This document shows positions 53,597 to 62,300 of a stretch of 64,000 nucleotides of DNA, in pieces. Below the pieces are notes generated by a model. It did not search any database. It was given only the letters and a program-made list of their open reading frames with translations, and was not told the origin of the DNA. The stretch lies in assembly GCA_963805975.1 (NCBI GenBank), contig CAWDVR010000001.1, positions 128,001-192,000 of the forward strand, in the 5' to 3' direction. The position numbers and the translations under genes are program-made. This DNA is from an uncultured Acidobacteriota bacterium (lineage in GTDB: Bacteria > Acidobacteriota > Thermoanaerobaculia > Multivoradales > SZUA-115). Every line of letters starts with the position of its first letter. The first letter of the stretch is position 1.

Positions 53597-55054
53597 CTAT
53601 ACGGACCGCACTGCCGCCTGTTCCCAGGGCGGCTCCCAGGGGCCTGCGGCGGGCGGGCCGATGCTCACCAGCTCGGCGATCCAGACCGCCTCGGCGCCCT
53701 GCACCCGGCAGGGCTCGGAGACCGCGACTCCAGGCACCCAGGCGATCGAGCCGCCGACGCACAGGAGGGGCAGCGAATCTCGATCGCGGCGCGGGACCCC
53801 GCGGTCGATCAGCAAGTCTTTCAAGCGCCGGCTGCCCCGGCAGCCGAGGGGGCGGATGCGATCGCCCTGTCGCCGGCTGCGGATCTCCACCACGTCCCCG
53901 GGCGCCACCTGGAGCTTCAAGCCGGCGCGGCCGGGCCAGCCATGGAGCATCCAGGCTTCGGCCGGACCCTGGTAGAGCCGCAACCGGGCCGCGATCTCCG
54001 GCAGGTCCAGCTCCCCCGGTACTTGCAGAGTATAGGAGAAAGCCGCCGGTGCCGGGCTCACGCGGAGGAGCACCAGCCGCCCGCGGCGGCTTTCCCAGCG
54101 GAAGCCGCCACCGCAGTCGCATCCCAGGCGTCCCTGGCCGCCGAGCTGCCGCGCGAGCTCGGCCTGCGCCGCCTGCGCCGCGGGCAGAGGCGCACCCGCC
54201 CGCTCGTGCAGCAGGGCGAGGGCATAGGGCCGGAGGGGTAGCGGCAGCCGCTCGAAAGCCGCCCGCTCGATAGAGACCCCGGCCGCGCTCTCGGCCGGCG
54301 CCAGCCGGGCAAGGAGGAGAGCGTCGATCCGGCCGTTCGCGCCGCGCGCCGCGCGAGCGACTGCGGCCAGCCGCGCGACGATCGATCGATCGTCCGTGGC
54401 GAGCCGCGGTAGGAGCGTTTTGCGGACCCGGTTGCGAGCGTGCGCCAGCGACTGGTTGGTGGGATCGTCGACCGGTTCGAGGCCGCTGCCGACGAGCGCC
54501 GCGGCGAGATCGGCGCGACCGAGCTCGAGCAGCGGGCGCAGCACCAGGCCGCGCACCGGCTGGATGCTTGCCAGGCCCCGGGGCCCGGAGCCGAAGGCCA
54601 GGCGCAGGAGGACGGTCTCGGCTTGGTCGTCCCGGTGGTGCGCGGTCAAGACGAATGCGGACCCACTGCGCCGGCGTGCTTCCTCCAGAAAGGCGTAGCG
54701 CACCCGGCGCGCGGCCTCCTCCAGGCCCTCGCCGGCCCGACGCAGCTCGGCCACGGAACGCCGTTCGAGGAGCAGGTCCACGCCGATCTCTCGCGCCAGC
54801 GTCGCGGCTCGTGCCGCACGGCCCGCGGAACCTGGGTCGAGGCCGTGATCGAGGTGCGCCGCCTCGACCCGCAGCCCGAGCCTGCCGGAGGCTTGTCGCA
54901 GGCCCCAGAGCAGTGCGGTCGAGTCCGGGCCTCCCGAGAACGCCACGAGCACACCCGTGCCGGGACCGGCGAGGCCGCCGAGAGAGCGATCGATGGCAGC
55001 GAGCAGCTCGAGCTGAGGAGGGCTGATGGTAGCGGTGACGGGACTTGAACCCAT
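53597..55054 (-). CDS. tilS: tRNA(Ile)-lysidine synthetase (start uncertain: 55054 ATG, 55006 CTG or 54952 GTG)
   Basis: AFSGGPDS, EEAARRVRY, TAHHRDDQAET, D.TN...RNRVR. Confidence 0.93.
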   Translation of the reverse strand: MGSSPVTATISPPQLELLAAIDRSLGGLAGPGTGVLVAFSGGPDSTALLWGLRQASGRLGLRVEAAHLDHGLDPGSAGRAARAATLAREIGVDLLLERRSVAELRRAGEGLEEAARRVRYAFLEEARRRSGSAFVLTAHHRDDQAETVLLRLAFGSGPRGLASIQPVRGLVLRPLLELGRADLAAALVGSGLEPVDDPTNQSLAHARNRVRKTLLPRLATDDRSIVARLAAVARAARGANGRIDALLLARLAPAESAAGVSIERAAFERLPLPLRPYALALLHERAGAPLPAAQAAQAELARQLGGQGRLGCDCGGGFRWESRRGRLVLLRVSPAPAAFSYTLQVPGELDLPEIAARLRLYQGPAEAWMLHGWPGRAGLKLQVAPGDVVEIRSRRQGDRIRPLGCRGSRRLKDLLIDRGVPRRDRDSLPLLCVGGSIAWVPGVAVSEPCRVQGAEAVWIAELVSIGPPAAGPWEPPWEQAAVRSV

Positions 55055-55103
55055 GACCTAGCGGTTATGAGCCGCTCGCTCTAACCAACTGAGCTACACC
55101 GCC
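55027..55103 (-). tRNA. tRNA with CAT anticodon (elongator Met most likely; Ile2 not excluded)
   Basis: GGCGGTGTAGCTCAGTTGGTTAGAGCGAGCGGCTCATAACCGCTAGGTCATGGGTTCAAGTCCCGTCACCGCTACCA; cloverleaf with encoded CCA. Confidence 0.95.
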
Positions 55104-55275
55104 GGAGAGACAGAGGGACCGGTGGCCCAATCTCGAGATTCGGCCGCCGAAGGCCGGGGATTATACCCTGCTCCGGCCGTGCCATGGGACGGCGGAAAGC
55201 GGGCCGCCGCCATCGACCGCTTCCCTGCCAGCGCAGGGAGCCCACGGCGGAGGCCGGCGCACGCGGAGACGCCGG

Positions 55276-55605
55276 CTAGCGCAGCGATTCCTGGCAGATA
55301 CGGAACTGGCCGAAGAAGTCGCGCATCGAGGTGGACAGGGCCTCGTCGTTCAGGCGATAGATGACGTTCTGGCCCTGGCGCTGGTCGATCACCAGGTCGG
55401 CTTCCTTGAGCACCGACAGGTGGCGAGAGATCGTCGGCTGGGAGAGATTGAAGTTCCCCACGATCTCGCCGACCGTGCGCTGGTGATTTTCCAGCAGCCG
55501 GAGGATCTCCTGGCGGGTGCCGTCGGACAGCGCCTTGAAGACCTTGGTCAGATGTCGCTCGTCGCGCGCGCCGTTGAGGTTGGACTGGGAGTCGAGCTCA
55601 GCCAT
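55276..55605 (-). CDS. ArsR/SmtB (SdpR-like) transcriptional regulator
   Basis: VFKALSD.TR.EIL.LL, LSQPTISRHLSVLKEADLV, R.GQ.VIYRL. Confidence 0.92.
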   Translation of the reverse strand: MAELDSQSNLNGARDERHLTKVFKALSDGTRQEILRLLENHQRTVGEIVGNFNLSQPTISRHLSVLKEADLVIDQRQGQNVIYRLNDEALSTSMRDFFGQFRICQESLR

Positions 55606-55736
55606 TGCCGTGTCTCCTTGGAGAGCCGGGAAGCGACCGGCCCCTTGTTAGTTCGCGGCGGAGTGTAGGTGAAGGTGACTTGAAGTTGAGTTGAAAAGGC
55701 GCTCAGGGCAGGCCATCCCTGTGCGCACTAGATTGG

Positions 55737-55760
55737 CATACATAGGTAAACTTATGTATG
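55737..55760. promoter_or_regulatory. Inverted-repeat operator upstream of the ArsR gene
   Basis: CATACATAggtaaactTATGTATG, AT-rich near 11-2-11 dyad. Confidence 0.6.
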
Positions 55761-55816
55761 TGCCAAAGTTACAGGGCGGGGAGCTGTGCAAACTTTCCCG
55801 GAAAAAGAGGGCGGAG

Positions 55817-55846
55817 AGTAGGGCTCCGAAGCACTGGAGCCCTACT
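55817..55846. terminator. Stem-loop downstream of sodA
   Basis: AGTAGGGCTCC-8 nt-GGAGCCCTACT. Confidence 0.55.
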
Positions 55847-55852
55847 TTTTGC

Positions 55853-56461
55853 CTAGCGGCGGGCGTCGGCGAAGCGCTCGGCGACCGCGGACCAGCGGAT
55901 GGTGCTCCACCAGGCGGAGAGGTAGTCGGGGCGCCGGTTTTGATACTTGAGGTAGTAGGCGTGTTCCCAGACGTCCACGCCCAGGATCGGCGTCTTGCCT
56001 TCCATCAGCGGGCTGTCCTGATTGGGAAGCGCGGTCACCTCCAGCTTGCCGCCGGAGGCCACCAGCCAGCCCCAGCCGGAGCCGAACTGCCCGGTAGCGG
56101 CGTTGGTCAACTTCTCCTTGCAGGCCTCGAAGCTGCCAAAGGCTTCGTCGATGGCGCCGGCGAGAGCGCCGCTCGGCGTGCCACCGCCCTCCGGCCCCAT
56201 CACTTCCCAGAAGAGAGAGTGGTTGGCGTGGCCGCCACCGTGGTTGCGCACCGCCTTGCGGATGGCCTCCGGCACGGTGTCGATGCCGCGCAACAACTCC
56301 TCGACCGACTTCGATGCCAGGTCGGGGTGGCCCTCGAGCGCCTTGTTCAGATTGGTGACGTAAGCCGCGTGGTGCTTGTCGTGGTGGATCTCCATAGTGC
56401 GCGCGTCGATGTGGGGCTCGAGCGCGTCGAAGGCGTAGGGCAGGGGAGGAACGGTGTGCAT
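55853..56461 (-). CDS. sodA: Mn/Fe superoxide dismutase (Mn-type signature)
   Basis: [37 protein letters not shown]. Confidence 0.96.
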   Translation of the reverse strand: MHTVPPLPYAFDALEPHIDARTMEIHHDKHHAAYVTNLNKALEGHPDLASKSVEELLRGIDTVPEAIRKAVRNHGGGHANHSLFWEVMGPEGGGTPSGALAGAIDEAFGSFEACKEKLTNAATGQFGSGWGWLVASGGKLEVTALPNQDSPLMEGKTPILGVDVWEHAYYLKYQNRRPDYLSAWWSTIRWSAVAERFADARR

Positions 56462-56563
56462 GCTGGTGAGGCTCCTTTCTATCGGCAGGTCTTTCCGTCT
56501 CGGGGGGTCTCCGGCGTGCGGCCGGTCGTGTCTATGCAAAATTGTCGCACGATGAAGCACGCG

Positions 56564-56592
56564 TTGACTTGCCCAGGTCGCCTGCGTACAAT
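56564..56592 (+). promoter_or_regulatory. sigma70 promoter of the tRNA-Val/tRNA-Asp/rpmG unit
   Basis: TTGACT-17 nt-TACAAT. Confidence 0.75.
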
Positions 56593-56627
56593 GTCGCCTC
56601 TTCCGCGGAGGGGCTCTTCCGCGAAGC

Positions 56628-56703
56628 GGGAGGTTAGCTCAGCGGTTAGAGCACCTGCCTTACACGCAGGGGGTCGCGGGTTCAAATCCCTCACCTCCCA
56701 CCA
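56628..56703 (+). tRNA. tRNA-Val(TAC)
   Basis: GGGAGGTTAGCTCAG..CTGCC TTACACG..TTCAAATCC..CTCCCACCA. Confidence 0.96.
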
Positions 56704-56747
56704 GGAAGGCAGGCTCGGGTAGCCAAGTCAGCACTGAAAGTTTATGC

Positions 56748-56824
56748 GGGGCTGTAGTTCAGCCGGTTAGAACGCCGGCCTGTCACGCCGGAGGTCGCGG
56801 GTTCGAGTCCCGTCGGCCCCGCCA
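56748..56824 (+). tRNA. tRNA-Asp(GTC)
   Basis: GGGGCTGTAGTTCAG..CCGGC CTGTCAC GCCGG..TTCGAGTCC..CCCCGCCA. Confidence 0.96.
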
Positions 56825-56877
56825 GCTTTCGAAATGCCGAAGTCGATTCACCGAAACCGATTCTCGAGGCAGTCACG

Positions 56878-57033
56878 ATGCGCGAAAAGATCAAGCTCGT
56901 ATCTTCCGCCGGTACGGGGTACTTCTACACCACGACCAAGAACAAGAAGGCTTCCACCGAGAAGCTGCGCTTCCAGAAATACGACCCCAAGGTGCGCAAG
57001 CACGTCGAGTTCGTCGAAGAGAAGCTCCGCTAG
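56878..57033 (+). CDS. rpmG: 50S ribosomal protein L33 (Cys-free form)
   Basis: Read by hand: [51 protein letters not shown]. Confidence 0.96.
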   Translation: MREKIKLVSSAGTGYFYTTTKNKKASTEKLRFQKYDPKVRKHVEFVEEKLR

Positions 57034-57111
57034 AACCGTCGGCAGCCCATTCCGAGTCGCACCGCACGCCGCGCTCTCCGCCTCGACGAGGCCAGCGCGG
57101 CGTTCCTATCT

Positions 57112-57771
57112 TCAGCCCCCTTCCCTCCAGGCCCGTCGCAATCGGTGCCGCAGCCGGTGCAGGCGCACGTGCAGGGTGGCCGCCGAGGGGCGGCCGGGCA
57201 TCAAGCCCGCCACCTCCTGGCTCGTCCAGCCCGAGATCGCGATCAGCACCAGGGCGGTGAGATAGCTCCGGCCGTGCTCGCCGAGCTCGGTCGCAGCGAG
57301 ACCGCGCCACAGCCGGCGCCAGCCCTCGTCCTCGATCAACCGCTCCTCGGGGGTCGGATCGCGGTCGGGCGTCGACGCCGCGAGGTGGGCCGCTCCCGAC
57401 TGGGAGAGAGACACGAGGCGCCGGCCTCCGCGCTTTGCCGCCGCGAGATGGCGGACGCGGTCGACCACCACCCGTTCCGCCATCCGGCCCAGGTAGGCAC
57501 CGAGGACGAGATCGTTGCGCGCCGGGCCCGAGGTCAGCGATCGGCCGTGCCGCTCCAGCAGGCGGCAGAACACTTCCTGCACCAGCTCGTCCACCAAGTC
57601 GGAGGAGGTGCTGAGACCGCAGCGGCCGAGGGCGGCGCGAGTCCGCGCCCGGAGCCGGAACTGATGGCGGCCGACCATCTCTTCCCAGAGCACCTCGGTG
57701 TCGAGGCAGGAGTGGTGCGGAGGCTGCTGGGCTTGCGAGGCAGGCGAGAGAGAAGCTGCAAACTGGGTCAT
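57112..57771 (-). CDS. Divergent ECF-type sigma factor-like protein
   Basis: VDELVQEVFCRLL (region 2), AYL.R.AERVVVD.VR...A.KRG, G.TSQEVA..HRLR.RL (region 4). Confidence 0.7.
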   Translation of the reverse strand: MTQFAASLSPASQAQQPPHHSCLDTEVLWEEMVGRHQFRLRARTRAALGRCGLSTSSDLVDELVQEVFCRLLERHGRSLTSGPARNDLVLGAYLGRMAERVVVDRVRHLAAAKRGGRRLVSLSQSGAAHLAASTPDRDPTPEERLIEDEGWRRLWRGLAATELGEHGRSYLTALVLIAISGWTSQEVAGLMPGRPSAATLHVRLHRLRHRLRRAWREGG

Positions 57772-57933
57772 GGTCCGCTCCTTCGAGACAAGGGGAGCGG
57801 AGGGGCGCAGCTCCAGCCGCGGCACGGCCAGCGACAGGAAACGGACAATCGACGGGACCTCGAGAGCCCCGGAAAGCGGTAAGGTCCACGGAGGATACCA
57901 CAAGTCCTGCCCTGCGGGACTACCCAGATCCCA

Positions 57934-57963
57934 TTGACTTCCTTCGATAGGCGTCGCTACAAT
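57934..57963 (+). promoter_or_regulatory. sigma70-like promoter upstream of the secreted repeat protein
   Basis: TTGACT-18 nt-TACAAT; a second TACAAT at 58012. Confidence 0.5.
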
Positions 57964-58070
57964 CACGCCCAAAGTTCAGGTAACACTTGAGACGGAAGGG
58001 CCTAAGCGCCCTACAATCTGAGCCAGCACGAACCGGCCCGGCTATGCAGCCGAGACAGCAGGAGAGGGTC

Positions 58071-59270
58071 ATGCAACGGAAGCTCTTCATGGTTGCCGTC
58101 GTCGTCGCGCTCTCGACCGCCGCGCCCGTCCAGGCGGCGCCACCCTTTGGCAGCTTCGGCGGTCTCGTCGGGGGAGGGAATGGCGGGGCTGGAACGATTC
58201 CGCTCCACGGTTGGGCGCTGGACGACAACGGCGTCGCCGCGGTCGACATCCTGGTCGACGGCCTGGTCGTCGGCCGAGCCCTTTACGGCCGCGAGCGGCC
58301 GGGCGTGACCAGCCAGTTCCCCGGCTTCCCGGATTCCGAGTATCCGGGTTTTGGCTATCAGCTCGACAGCACGCGTTTCTTGAACGGTCTGCACACGCTG
58401 AGCGCACGAGTGGTGAGCGAGACCGGTGAGATCCGCAACCTGAACAGCCGGACCGTCCAGTTCACCAACCTCACCCACAACCTGGTGCCCTTCGGCGCCA
58501 TCGAGTTTCCCAGCTCCGACGCCGATCTCTTCGGCCGCTGCAACCTCGCGCAACCGCGCCGCTACAGCGTGATCGCCGGCTGGGCGCTGGACGTGGGGGT
58601 GGAGACCGGCGACCAGGGAATCTCCTACGTCGAGCTGATGATCGACGGCGTGATCCACCGCAACACGCTCGAGTCCTGCCACTTCGACATCAACAAGGGC
58701 GGCCTCTCGGATTGCTACGGTTTCCGCCGGCTGGACGTGGCGCAGCACTTCCCCACGCTCTCCGACTCGCCTCAGAGCGGCTTTCGCTTCGTGCTCGACA
58801 TCGGCGCGCTGCTGAACGAGGGGATCGTTCCGGGGCGCCACCTGATCTCCATCCGCGCCGGCGACCGCTCGGGCCAGACGGCGCGCGTCGCCGAGATGCC
58901 GGTGACCTTCGACTGCGACGACTTCCTGGGCAACGAGGGCTCGTTCGGCGAGGTGCAGCGGCCCCGTGGCGGCCTGACCTACGGCGGCGTGATCGAGACC
59001 ATCGGCTGGGCGCTCGACCGCGAGTCGGTCAATGCGGTGCTGATCTACGTGGACGGCGTGCTGCAGGGCAATGCCGACTACGGGTTCGAGCGGCCCGTGG
59101 TGACGTTCTTCTATCCCGGCTTCTTCAACAGCGCGCTGCCCGGCTGGCGGTTCTTCCTCGACACTCGCAACTTCTCGAACGGCCAGCATACGCTGCACGC
59201 CGTGGTGCGCGACGGTCTCGGCGTCACCAAGCTGATCGGCGAGCGCAGCTTCGTAGTCTTCAATCCGTAG
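58071..59270 (+). CDS. Secreted protein with three Ig-like beta-sandwich repeats
   Basis: Signal peptide; three repeats of (P/S)FG..GWALD...V.I.(V/I)DG...R..V...(F/Y)P...(G/W)F.(Y/F).LD....G.H. Confidence 0.85.
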   Translation: MQRKLFMVAVVVALSTAAPVQAAPPFGSFGGLVGGGNGGAGTIPLHGWALDDNGVAAVDILVDGLVVGRALYGRERPGVTSQFPGFPDSEYPGFGYQLDSTRFLNGLHTLSARVVSETGEIRNLNSRTVQFTNLTHNLVPFGAIEFPSSDADLFGRCNLAQPRRYSVIAGWALDVGVETGDQGISYVELMIDGVIHRNTLESCHFDINKGGLSDCYGFRRLDVAQHFPTLSDSPQSGFRFVLDIGALLNEGIVPGRHLISIRAGDRSGQTARVAEMPVTFDCDDFLGNEGSFGEVQRPRGGLTYGGVIETIGWALDRESVNAVLIYVDGVLQGNADYGFERPVVTFFYPGFFNSALPGWRFFLDTRNFSNGQHTLHAVVRDGLGVTKLIGERSFVVFNP

Positions 59271-59276
59271 AGGTTG

Positions 59277-59296
59277 GGGCGCACGGCCGTGCGCCC
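59277..59296. repeat. REP-like 20-bp palindrome (family C, copy 2)
   Basis: Identical to 8336-8355. Confidence 0.8.
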
Positions 59297-59305
59297 TCTC
59301 GTTCT

Positions 59306-60910
59306 CTAGTCTCTGACCGGCGTCTCGTCGAGCCGGCCCTGGCCACGGCTGGCCTGGCGCTGGGCGAGGAGATCCTTCGCCTGGCTGAACAGCGCCAGGG
59401 CGCGCTGGATCTGGGGGTCGCCCTCGGCCAGCACGCGGTGCTGCGCCACCTGGCCGAAGCGCGCGTTCATCACCTCGCCGGAGATCGCCCGCAGCGCGTG
59501 CTCGGTGGTCTTCGCATCGGCAAAGCCCTTGTCGATCTCCGCGGCCGTCGCCACCTTCTCGCTCGCCAGCCAGGCACGGAACTGCGTCAGCACCTCGGGC
59601 CCCGGCCGCCACGACTGGGCCTCGACCCGGTTCTTGTTGAGGTAGTCGACCGCGAAGTTGAGGAAGGCGTTCCTGGCCAGCAGGAGCTGCGAGAAGGGCT
59701 CCATGTCCTCGATCTCGACCAGCACGTCCGGGGTGATGCCGCCGCCGCCGAAGACGTCGCGGCCGAGGTCGGTGTGGAACACCGGGTCGCGCGGTGAGTG
59801 CTGGGGCGGCGCTTCGCCGTCGGTTACCCACACGTAGTCGAAGTAGGAGGTGTAGTCGCGCTGGATCAGCCGTCCCGAGGGGGTGTAGTACTTGGCGGTG
59901 GTCAGCGCCAGGCCGGCGCCGTAGGGCAGGTTGTACACCGTTTGCACCAGGCCCTTGCCCCAGGTCGGAGTGCCGACGATGAGACCCATGTCGTGGTCCT
60001 GGATGGCCCCGGAGACGATCTCCGCCGCCGACGCCGTGCCGCGGTTGACCAGCACCACGACCGGCAGGCCGAGGGCCGGGCTCTTGCCGCCCGCGGCGTA
60101 GCTCTGCATGGAGTCCGAGGTGCGCCCGCGGGTCTCGACGATCGGGCTGCCGTGGGGCACGAACTGGTCGGCGATGTCGATCGCCTGGTCGAGCAGGCCG
60201 CCGCCGTTGTTGCGCAGGTCGAAAACCAGTTGCTTCATGCCCTGCTGCTTCAGGTCGGCGATCGCCCGCACCATCTCCTCGCCCGAGGCGCGGTTGAAAT
60301 CGGTCAGCCAGATGTAGCCGGTGGCCTGGTCGATCATGTACGCCGAGCGCACGGTGGTCTGCGGGATCTCGGCCCGGGTGACCGTCATCTTGAGCGGCTC
60401 GTCGAGGCCGCGGCGCACGATCTCGATCGTCACCTGGGTGCCCTTCGGCCCTTTGAGCTTGTCGACCGCCTCGTCCACCGACATGGTCTCGGTGGGCTCG
60501 CCCTCGATGGTGGAGATGACGTCGCCGGCGCGGATGCCGAGACGCGACGCCGGAGAGCCCTCGATGGGGGTCGCCACCGTCAGCCTGCCGTTGCGCTGGC
60601 TGATCAGGATGCCAAGCCCGTAGAAGGTGCTCTGCTGCTTCTCGCGCATCCCGGTGTAGGCCTTGGGCGAGAGAAACGCGGTGTGCGGGTCCAGGGTGCG
60701 GAGCATGCCCTGGATGGAAGCGAACACCAGGTCCCGGAAGGTGACCTCGCTGCCGTAGCGGTCGTGGGCCAGGGACAGGAGCTCGGTGTAGACCCGGAGC
60801 TGATCCCGGGCGTCGGCGCCGCGGGCGAGCAGCTTGTCGCCGACCAGCGCGCCGCCAGCCAAGGCGGCCAGGAAGAGGATGGTGGCTGCGGTTCTCCAGG
60901 GCTTTCGCAT
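59306..60910 (-). CDS. S41-family carboxy-terminal processing protease
   Basis: LDPHT, PDZ domain, DLRNNGGG, TASAAEIVSGAIQD, GKGLVQ, KYYTPSGR. Confidence 0.95.
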   Translation of the reverse strand: MRKPWRTAATILFLAALAGGALVGDKLLARGADARDQLRVYTELLSLAHDRYGSEVTFRDLVFASIQGMLRTLDPHTAFLSPKAYTGMREKQQSTFYGLGILISQRNGRLTVATPIEGSPASRLGIRAGDVISTIEGEPTETMSVDEAVDKLKGPKGTQVTIEIVRRGLDEPLKMTVTRAEIPQTTVRSAYMIDQATGYIWLTDFNRASGEEMVRAIADLKQQGMKQLVFDLRNNGGGLLDQAIDIADQFVPHGSPIVETRGRTSDSMQSYAAGGKSPALGLPVVVLVNRGTASAAEIVSGAIQDHDMGLIVGTPTWGKGLVQTVYNLPYGAGLALTTAKYYTPSGRLIQRDYTSYFDYVWVTDGEAPPQHSPRDPVFHTDLGRDVFGGGGITPDVLVEIEDMEPFSQLLLARNAFLNFAVDYLNKNRVEAQSWRPGPEVLTQFRAWLASEKVATAAEIDKGFADAKTTEHALRAISGEVMNARFGQVAQHRVLAEGDPQIQRALALFSQAKDLLAQRQASRGQGRLDETPVRD

Positions 60911-61008
60911 GCGGACAGTTTAGCAGCCCACGGCCGTCAGGAGCCCCCGCTCTATTGGAGTGCTTTGCTTGACATCCCCCGGCGGTCGGCCGATGATCCA
61001 AACCGCTC

Positions 61009-61428
61009 ATGTTCGGACCCCTCGGCCTGTGGGAGCTGATCTTCATCCTGGTCATCGCGCTGCTGCTCTTCGGACCGAAAGGCCTGCCGGAGATCGGGCG
61101 CACGCTCGGCAAGGCCTTCTCCGAGTTCCGCCGCGCCAGCGAAGAGCTGAAGCGGACGCTCAACACCGAGATCTCGGCGCTCGACGAGGAGCAGCAGCAG
61201 AGCGCTCCGCGCCCCGCGCTCGTGGCGCCGCGCGCGGCCGCACCGGGCACCAGCCCGCGGGGCAGCCTCCGGCAGCCGGTCCTGCGCACTCTCGAAGCTG
61301 AGCCCGGCCTCGTCTCGGACCCCACGGAGGGGCCCGAGCCGCCGAGCGCCGAGGAGCTCGAGGCGGGGAGCGCCGAGGAGGGGAAGGTGCCGTCCACTCG
61401 CGAGGAAGCCTCTTCCACCTCCGGCTGA
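61009..61428 (+). CDS. tatA: Twin-arginine translocase TatA/TatB subunit
   Basis: ELIFILVIALLLFGPK.LPEIGRTLGK...EFRR. Confidence 0.9.
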   Translation: MFGPLGLWELIFILVIALLLFGPKGLPEIGRTLGKAFSEFRRASEELKRTLNTEISALDEEQQQSAPRPALVAPRAAAPGTSPRGSLRQPVLRTLEAEPGLVSDPTEGPEPPSAEELEAGSAEEGKVPSTREEASSTSG

Positions 61429-61465
61429 GCCGAGCCGGCGAGCTGTCATTTCTGTTTTGTCCGCA

Positions 61466-62257
61466 ATGCCCAGCCCAGCGCAGCCGGTGCCGCCGGCGTC
61501 CGAGGACCTGCCCCGGATGTCGCTCCTCCAGCACCTCGAAGAGCTGCGCAAGCGAATCCTCTACTCGCTGATCGCCGTGGCCGTTGCCTTCGGCGGTTGC
61601 TGGTACTACGTGGAGAGGATCTTCGACTTCATCGAGAAGCCGATCCACGACGCCCTGCCGGCCGGCCAGAAGCTCGCCATCTTCGGCATCCCGGACGCCT
61701 TCTTCCTCTACTTCAAGGTGGCGGGCCTGGCCGCGGTGTTCGTGGCCATGCCGGTGATCCTCTACCAGGTCTGGCTGTTCGTGGCTCCCGGCCTCTACCG
61801 CCGGGAACGGGCCTGGGCCGCCGCGTTCGTTTGCACCGGCACGCTGCTCTTCGTGGCCGGTGGCCTCTTCGCTTACTACGTGGCGAGCCCTTTCGCCATC
61901 GAGTTCCTGCTCGACATGGGCAGCCGCTTCCAGCAGGTGATCGCCGTCGACCGCTATCTCAAGTTCGAGATGACCATGATCCTGGGGCTCGGCCTGATGT
62001 TCGAGCTGCCGGTGCTGATCTTCACCCTGTCGCAGCTCGGTGTGGTCACGCCGCAGTTCCTGATCCGCCAGTTCCGCTGGGCGGTGCTCATCATCTTCTT
62101 CCTGGCCGCGGTGGTCACGCCGACGCCGGACGTGCTCAACCTCTGCATCTTCGCCCTGCCCACCATCGCGCTCTACCTCCTGGGCGTCGCCGCGGCCTGG
62201 GTGGCGCAGCGGAGCCGCCGGCGCCGGGAAGCGGCGGCCCTGGAGGAGACGTCTTAG
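61466..62257 (+). CDS. tatC: Twin-arginine translocase TatC
   Basis: HLEELRKR, YQVWLFVAPGLY..E, FELPV, AAVVTPTPD. Confidence 0.96.
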   Translation: MPSPAQPVPPASEDLPRMSLLQHLEELRKRILYSLIAVAVAFGGCWYYVERIFDFIEKPIHDALPAGQKLAIFGIPDAFFLYFKVAGLAAVFVAMPVILYQVWLFVAPGLYRRERAWAAAFVCTGTLLFVAGGLFAYYVASPFAIEFLLDMGSRFQQVIAVDRYLKFEMTMILGLGLMFELPVLIFTLSQLGVVTPQFLIRQFRWAVLIIFFLAAVVTPTPDVLNLCIFALPTIALYLLGVAAAWVAQRSRRRREAAALEETS

Positions 62258-62300
62258 AAGGCACTCCGAATACGATGCGCGCCGCCACGTAGAGGTAGGC

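Noticed and set aside
55027-57033. Prophage or genomic island at the tRNA genes
   Set aside because: No integrase and no duplicated tRNA 3' end were seen; the flanking genes are housekeeping.
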